Positions 58,803 to 64,000 of a stretch of DNA of 64,000 nt are shown here, piece by piece. The stretch's first letter is position 1, and each line of letters starts with the position of its first letter. The notes under the pieces are model-generated. The model ran no database searches and was not told the DNA's origin. It worked only from the letters and a program-made list of their open reading frames with translations. Origin of the DNA: Bacteroidota bacterium (GTDB taxonomy: Bacteria > Bacteroidota > Bacteroidia > AKYH767-A > OLB10); the NCBI GenBank assembly GCA_031366005.1, contig JANLZB010000038.1, forward strand, positions 41,208 through 105,207, in the 5' to 3' direction. The translations under genes and the position numbers were made by a program.

Positions 58803-59153
58803 TTGTATTTGAAAATGACATCTTTTTCCATCGCTCCTTACCGTCACGATCTTGAAATAATTCGTGATACGATTGCGCAGATAAAAAAGGATTTGAGCAT
58901 TTTTGATTTGGATATTGTTTTTAGCGGTAACGAAAAAACTGCTTATCGCGAAGTGAAAGATCAGCTAATTATTCTATTCAGAGATTTATTAACCCGTGAT
59001 GCTGAAAAAGTTTTTAATCTGCTTTACAGAATTGATGTTTCAGAAAACAAAGTGAAGGAAGCGCCTTCTTCAGTTGCCTTTGAAGAATACATTGCAGAAC
59101 TGGTTCTTGAACGTGAATTGCTAAAAGTGGTAATGAGAAAGTTGAACCCATAA
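58803..59153 (+). CDS. hypothetical protein
   Basis: 116-aa ORF, helical, with no recognisable motif. Confidence 0.3.
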   Translation: MYLKMTSFSIAPYRHDLEIIRDTIAQIKKDLSIFDLDIVFSGNEKTAYREVKDQLIILFRDLLTRDAEKVFNLLYRIDVSENKVKEAPSSVAFEEYIAELVLERELLKVVMRKLNP

Positions 59154-59281
59154 CTCTTTCCTTAATTTCCTCAATTACCTAATACCTATGACTAATGCCT
59201 CATACAATATTCCATCCGCATTTAAGTTTTTATCTTTGACTCGCAGAAAATTTATGATTCCTTGTTAAAATATTTGTTTGA

Positions 59282-60967
59282 ATGAAAAAATTGCGTAAGC
59301 CATTACTATTGTTATCCGTCTGCCTGGTATTTATCCTCAGCGTTGGATTTGTAGATGATTATTTTGAGATCAGTAAACAGCTTGATATTTTCTCCAATGT
59401 TTACAAAACCGTAAACCAGCTTTATGTTGATGAAGTTAAGCCAGGTCAGTTATTAAAAAACGGTATTGATGGCATGTTAAAGAACCTAGATCCTTACACT
59501 AATTATTATCCTGAATCAGAAATTGAAGATTACAGGATGAAACATGTAAGCACAGAGTATGGTGGATTAGGCGCTTCTTCTTTCAGACGTGGTGACAGTA
59601 TCGTGATTGCTGATGTGTATGAAGGATTTGCTGCGCACAAAGCCGACCTGCGGGCTGGAGATATTTTGCTGGAGGTAAATGGTCGTCCTTTAAAAGGATT
59701 GGCTCCTGACCAGGTGGATGATTTGATGAAAGGACAGAGCGGAACTACCATCCGCGTTAAGGTTGGAAGACCAGGAGTTGCCCAGCCCATCGAAAAAACC
59801 ATTATGCGCGAAGAAATTAAAATCAATAACGTTCCCTATTACGGAATGATTAATGACAGCATCGGATACATCAAGCTGGATAAGTTTTTACAAAACTGTT
59901 ACAGCGAAATGCGTGAAGCGTTTACAGAACTCAAGAAAAATCCAAAATTAAAATCGCTTGTGTTTGATTTACGTGGCAACGGTGGAGGATTGCTCGAAGA
60001 GTCAGTGAATATTTTAAACTTATGGATTCCCAAAGGAACACTGTTAGTTAAGCAGGTTGGTAAGATACAAGGCTCCACCAATACCTATGCAGCCAAGGTA
60101 GATGCCATGGATTCTGACATACCAATTGCAGTGCTGATAGATCGTGGCTCTGCTTCCGCCAGTGAAATCACTTCGGGCAATTTCCAGGATTTAGATCGTG
60201 CAGTGATTATTGGTCAGCGAAGTTTTGGAAAAGGATTGGTACAACAAACCAAACCATTAAGTTATAATACCCAGGTAAAAATTACGGTAGCAAAATATTT
60301 TACCGCAAGCGGACGATGCGTTCAGGCACTTAATTATGCTTCGCGACATGAGGACGGAAGTGTGGATCATGTTCCTGATTCACTTATGAAACCATTTAAT
60401 ACTTTACATCAACGGGTTGTATATGATGGAAGTGGTGTGTATCCTGATCGTTATATCGAACCTCCCATCACAGCAAACATCACCAGTAGTTTAGCTAAGA
60501 AGTTGTTGCTTTTTGATTATGCAACTTATTACCGCAATCACCATGATTCAATTCCGGGAGCACGACAATTTAAATTAACAGATGCAGATTATAATGACTT
60601 CATTAAATTTCTTGCTGATAAAGATTATGACTACAGCACTGATTCAGAAAAAAATCTTGAAGAATTAAAAGTGATTGCCACCAAGGATAAATATTTTGAC
60701 AACATTAAAACTGAATTTGAAAAATTAGGTCAGAAATTAAAGCATGATAAAAACGCTGACTTAATTAAATTCAAACCTGAAATAAAACTACTGCTCGAAA
60801 AAGAAATTGTTGCACGCTATTATTTTCAAAAAGGACGTTATGAATATTCTTTCAATAATGATCCTGTTGTTGCAGATGCAATTTTAGTTTTAAATAATCC
60901 TACGCTTTATGCAAGCATTTTAAAAGGCGAAGGAGAGTACAAAGTGATTGGTAAACCGAAGAAATAA
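59282..60967 (+). CDS. S41-family C-terminal processing peptidase (second paralog)
   Basis: 561 aa with a signal peptide. The PDZ domain reads LRAGDILLEVNGRPL. The catalytic region reads IAVLIDRGSASASEITSGNFQDLDRAVIIGQRSFGKG. Confidence 0.8.
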   Translation: MKKLRKPLLLLSVCLVFILSVGFVDDYFEISKQLDIFSNVYKTVNQLYVDEVKPGQLLKNGIDGMLKNLDPYTNYYPESEIEDYRMKHVSTEYGGLGASSFRRGDSIVIADVYEGFAAHKADLRAGDILLEVNGRPLKGLAPDQVDDLMKGQSGTTIRVKVGRPGVAQPIEKTIMREEIKINNVPYYGMINDSIGYIKLDKFLQNCYSEMREAFTELKKNPKLKSLVFDLRGNGGGLLEESVNILNLWIPKGTLLVKQVGKIQGSTNTYAAKVDAMDSDIPIAVLIDRGSASASEITSGNFQDLDRAVIIGQRSFGKGLVQQTKPLSYNTQVKITVAKYFTASGRCVQALNYASRHEDGSVDHVPDSLMKPFNTLHQRVVYDGSGVYPDRYIEPPITANITSSLAKKLLLFDYATYYRNHHDSIPGARQFKLTDADYNDFIKFLADKDYDYSTDSEKNLEELKVIATKDKYFDNIKTEFEKLGQKLKHDKNADLIKFKPEIKLLLEKEIVARYYFQKGRYEYSFNNDPVVADAILVLNNPTLYASILKGEGEYKVIGKPKK

Positions 60968-61014
60968 GTTTTGCTCTACTAATTCTTTTTCAATGTATGT
61001 TTTGCTAAGCAATT

Positions 61015-61338
61015 TTATTTTTCAATTAAATACGCTTTGGATTTTTGAAGATTACCTGCTTGCGCTTTAAATGAGGGAATAAATAATTTGAGTTCTTCTA
61101 TTTTACTCGAAGAACTATGCAACACGGCAATAGTGATTTTATATTTTGAAATATTTTGTTGAAACATCAGATTCTTATCAATCGTCAATAATAAATCAAA
61201 GCCATTTTCAACTCATAAGCTTAACAATTTTCCATTTTTAACTCCACTCCAACCCATCTCGGTAACGGTAAAAACCTCGTATTCACGCAGAAAATTTTTT
61301 AGCCTTTTGGTGACGCACTCGTCAAGTAAAATTTTCAC
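61015..61338 (-). pseudogene. DUF5615 (Mut7-C/PIN-like) toxin partner of DUF433, interrupted by an in-frame TGA
   Basis: A GTG start overlaps the DUF433 stop in GTGA. The translation is VKILLDECVTKRLKNFLREYEVFTVTEMGWSGVKNGKLLSL*VENGFDLLLTIDKNLMFQQNISKYKITIAVLHSSSSKIEELKLFIPS... The TGA lies at 61213-61215 in the same frame. Confidence 0.55.
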
Positions 61339-61553
61339 AATTTGTTGGGCTTTTCTTCAATAAGCCGTTGTGACATTTCAAGCACTCCGATTACCTGTTC
61401 TTTACGTACCGAATCGAAATCGCTCAGAAAGGTTTCAATAGTATCACCTGACTCCAAATAATCAAATAGATTTTTAATCGGTACACGGGTTCCAAAAAAA
61501 ACAGGAGTACCTCCTAAAATTTCAGGGTCTATGTTCACAATTTGTGTTTCCAT
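61335..61553 (-). CDS. DUF433-domain protein (antitoxin-like partner of DUF5615)
   Basis: 72 aa. The motif IVNIDPEILGGTPVFFGTRVPIKNLFDYLESGDTIETFLSDF is the canonical DUF433 motif. Confidence 0.7.
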   Translation of the reverse strand: METQIVNIDPEILGGTPVFFGTRVPIKNLFDYLESGDTIETFLSDFDSVRKEQVIGVLEMSQRLIEEKPNKL

Positions 61554-61622
61554 GATTTTTTTTATACACTCAAATTTACAAAGGATATATATAACATTAT
61601 TAATGCAGAGTTAATTGAGGAA

Positions 61623-62867
61623 TTAATTTCTTTCCGGAAAATTAATCTTGAGATAATTCATCACTACATCAGTTGCACCTTTTCTGCTTTCAATGTATCG
61701 TTTGTTTTTTTTACTGATTTCTTTTCTGCGCTCCACATCTTCTTTTAAATCTTTTACAATCCTTATCAATTCTGTATCGTCATTGATTACAAAAGCTCCT
61801 TGTTGATTTACAAGATCGTTTGCTTCATGAAATTTTTTATAGTTAGGTCCGAAGATTACAGCAGCACCGTATGCGATTGCTTCCAGGGTGTTGTGTATTC
61901 CTGCGCCAAACCCTCCTCCGACATAAGTTATATCTGCATAAGAATATAAGCGGCTTAACATACCAATGTTGTCAATTATCAAAACATCACATTGAGCAGC
62001 GTCCTCTTTATTAATATCTGAATAAAGCAGACACTTTTTTTTCAATGAACGAGATAAAGTCCTGATATGATGAGGATGGATTTCATGCGGAGCAATGATA
62101 AATTTTATTGCTTCACTTTGATTAATCAATTCAACCAATAATTTCTCATCTGCATGCCAGGTACTTCCTGCAATAAAAAGAAATAGATTGTTTTTAAATT
62201 TTTCAATCCCAGGTATTGCCTGTGCATTGCGGCTGTTTTGATAAACGCGGTCAAAACGTGTATCACCGCTAACGGATACATGAGCCAGTTCATGCTGATA
62301 CAATAATTCTAATGATTGCTGGTTTTGCACAAATAAATGTGTGAATCTTTTCAAAATGTTCTTAAAGAAATTTCCATAAGGCTTAAAATAAATTTGTGAA
62401 GGACGAAATATTGCTGCTATGCTAAAGACAGGAATTTTATTGTCGTGCAATTCTTTAATATAAAAATGCCAGAAATCGTACTTTACAAAAAACGCCATTG
62501 ACGGCTGCACAGTTTTCACAAACCATTTACTGTGCGATGGTCCGTCAATCGGAAGGTAAAAAACATAGTCAACGCTCGGTTCATTTTTTTTATTCTCATA
62601 TCCTGAAGGAGAAAAAAATGTGAGTACAATTTTATGATCCGGATAAACATCGTGTAAAGCATTAAGCACCGGTTTGCCTTGTTCAAATTCACCTAAGGAA
62701 GGACAATGAAACCAGATGCGTTTTTCTCCCGGCTGCAATGTGTTTTCAACGTGCTTAAAAAGCCCAATCCTTCCTTTAATAAATCTTGCAGCTTTTTTAT
62801 TGAAAAAAGAAAAAAAAGTTAAAGCAATACCATACGATTTAAGAGCAAAGTAATACAGGATCCACAT
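61623..62867 (-). CDS. waaA: 3-deoxy-D-manno-octulosonic acid (Kdo) transferase
   Basis: 414 aa. The N-terminal membrane anchor precedes IWFHCPSLGEFEQGKPVLNAL, and the C-terminal GT-B half matches KdtA/WaaA. Confidence 0.75.
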   Translation of the reverse strand: MWILYYFALKSYGIALTFFSFFNKKAARFIKGRIGLFKHVENTLQPGEKRIWFHCPSLGEFEQGKPVLNALHDVYPDHKIVLTFFSPSGYENKKNEPSVDYVFYLPIDGPSHSKWFVKTVQPSMAFFVKYDFWHFYIKELHDNKIPVFSIAAIFRPSQIYFKPYGNFFKNILKRFTHLFVQNQQSLELLYQHELAHVSVSGDTRFDRVYQNSRNAQAIPGIEKFKNNLFLFIAGSTWHADEKLLVELINQSEAIKFIIAPHEIHPHHIRTLSRSLKKKCLLYSDINKEDAAQCDVLIIDNIGMLSRLYSYADITYVGGGFGAGIHNTLEAIAYGAAVIFGPNYKKFHEANDLVNQQGAFVINDDTELIRIVKDLKEDVERRKEISKKNKRYIESRKGATDVVMNYLKINFPERN

Positions 62868-62966
62868 AAAGTTATTGAAATATTATTCTTTCTAAATTCA
62901 ATAAAGTGGCTAAATGTAGAGAACCAGTACTAAAAGCGGAATGAGGGAAATGCGGTTTACCATAAT

Positions 62967-63356
62967 TCATTTGATATTCCAGGGATTTAACAATTTTAAA
63001 CCCGGAATATTTTGAAAATCATTTTCGTTTCTGGTGATTAAGGTAAGGTTGAAAACTAAAGCGGTTGCAGCAATAATGGCATCAGGAATTTTTATTTTAA
63101 GCGCTTTTCGCAAAACAATAGTTTGGTTTATTACATCACTGGTCAACTCCAGCAAAATGGAAGATTCCACAAAATCATTGAGCAATTGATAGGAAGCAGT
63201 GGGGGTATTATAACCCAAAACTTCAATCTTTGTGATAACAGAAATTTTATGAGTGTGGTTCACAATTCCGCTGATAAAATCCATTCCTGTTGAAGGAAGC
63301 TTGCCACCGAGATAATCAATAACGGAATTGCTGTCGGTCAGATATTGTTGTCCCAT
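62967..63356 (-). CDS. PIN-domain toxin (VapC-like)
   Basis: 129 aa. The N-terminus is YLTDSNSVIDYL (the first acidic residue of a PIN domain). The C-terminus reads DAIIAATALVFNLTLITRNENDF. Confidence 0.6.
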   Translation of the reverse strand: MGQQYLTDSNSVIDYLGGKLPSTGMDFISGIVNHTHKISVITKIEVLGYNTPTASYQLLNDFVESSILLELTSDVINQTIVLRKALKIKIPDAIIAATALVFNLTLITRNENDFQNIPGLKLLNPWNIK

Positions 63357-63550
63357 TCTTTGCGGCTTTGAGAAATATGTTTTTGCAACTCATCCGCAAC
63401 GTCAACAGGAAGCTTGCCTGCAAATTTTTCAGAAAGCTTTTGGTTGGAGTCATTATTTTTTTCAAGCAGCTTAATGATGTGCATCTCTTCAAGCTTCTGT
63501 AATAAAGCCAATGCATTTTGATTAGTGAGCTCAACAATTACCGTTTGCAT
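63338..63550 (-). CDS. putative antitoxin of the VapC-like toxin
   Basis: 70-aa hydrophilic ORF. Its 3' end overlaps the PIN gene start by 19 nt. Confidence 0.4.
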   Translation of the reverse strand: MQTVIVELTNQNALALLQKLEEMHIIKLLEKNNDSNQKLSEKFAGKLPVDVADELQKHISQSRKEWDNNI

Positions 63551-63713
63551 AGTACTTTTCTTTTTGTCAAAGATACGGTAACAATGAAAATATTTATTAA
63601 TCAGATTTTATTACAATAAATGTTGATTTTTGTTTATTTCAAAAATCAATTCCTCTAATCCACTTAGCTGCTTTTTTACTTGAAGAATGAAAAAAAGTAA
63701 TAAAAGATCCACA

Positions 63714-64000
63714 TCAGTAGATATAAAATTTTTCAGGAGCCTGACGGTATAATGGAAGAACCCAACCAATGCGCGCACCAAAAAGCAAATCCAATCGCTG
63801 ATTATTTTCTGAACCCATGTCATCAAAATTATATGTCCTGCGGCTTTTGGTAAATCCCTGCACCGCATCCGCTGCAAAATAAAAATTAACTAAACGATAA
63901 TTACTGATAAACAAATAACCCACACTTTCATGTAAACATATTCCGTTGGTCAACCGGTCGTAGCCTTTTTTATAATCATCGCGTAAAGCAGGAACTGTTT
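63714..64000 (-). CDS. C-terminal part of a putative outer-membrane beta-barrel protein (possibly lipid A deacylase PagL-like); 5' end outside the window
   Basis: The open frame continues to the window edge. The tail ...HESVGYLFISNYRLVNFYFAADAVQGF...RLDLLFGARIGWVLPLYRQAPEKFYIY has alternating hydrophobic residues and an aromatic terminus. An HxS motif is present. The family call is weak. Confidence 0.25.
   Translation of the reverse strand, partial: TVPALRDDYKKGYDRLTNGICLHESVGYLFISNYRLVNFYFAADAVQGFTKSRRTYNFDDMGSENNQRLDLLFGARIGWVLPLYRQAPEKFYIY

Noticed and set aside
61015-61338. Initial impression that the DUF5615 gene was frameshifted
   Set aside because: Codon-by-codon tracking showed that the GTG start, the internal TGA (61213-61215) and the terminal TAA (61015-61017) are all in one frame. 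It is a nonsense interruption, not a frameshift.
1-64000. Search for tRNA/rRNA genes, CRISPR arrays, IS transposases and integrases
   Set aside because: No GTTCGA-type T-arm contexts or cloverleaf-like GC-rich 70-90-nt islands were seen in the intergenic regions. No regularly spaced direct repeats were found. No DDE, serine or tyrosine recombinase motifs appeared in any ORF. The ~1.2-kb pyc-tail island contains only the Abi gene.

Overview
The window is an AT-rich Bacteroidota chromosomal segment: six proteins carry the C-terminal T9SS sorting domain, the ORFs run flush with little Shine-Dalgarno signal, and a sigma-54 NtrC-type activator is present. No rRNA, tRNA, CRISPR array, transposase or integrase was recognised.

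Housekeeping genes recognised:
- deoC, purN, proC, tilS, pabB-family, deoxyhypusine synthase, dCMP deaminase, Mg-chelatase-like YifB/ComM
- a PLP-dependent Cys/Met enzyme and a 1149-aa pyruvate carboxylase
- metG, two S41 C-terminal processing peptidases, waaA/kdtA, a GT4 glycosyltransferase, a thioesterase, an HTTM protein, an AlkD-like repair protein and two DinB-family proteins
- a regulatory block made of an orphan response regulator, a sigma-54 enhancer-binding response regulator and a PAS/hybrid histidine kinase with an Hpt domain

Accessory and defence content is dense:
- Four toxin-antitoxin loci: two ParE/RelE-type pairs, a VapBC-like PIN pair, and a DUF433/DUF5615 pair whose toxin carries an in-frame TGA.
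- An Abi_2 (AbiD/AbiF-type) abortive-infection gene sits between two diverged copies of the last ~51 codons of pyruvate carboxylase. This is the signature of a site-specific insertion into the 3' end of pyc.

Unusual sequence features:
- metG carries two in-frame copies of a GGAGGCAGGAAGCAGG ... CCCTCTCC-loop-GGAGAGGG repeat element.
- A ~60-bp hairpin repeat flanks one T9SS cargo gene on both sides.
- A perfect 30-bp inverted repeat with an 82-bp spacer sits in a divergent promoter region between a regulator-like gene and a 1097-aa T9SS cargo gene.
- Two paralogous regulator-like proteins each sit divergently next to T9SS cargo genes.

All product calls rest on motif recognition by eye from the translations. 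No database search was run.
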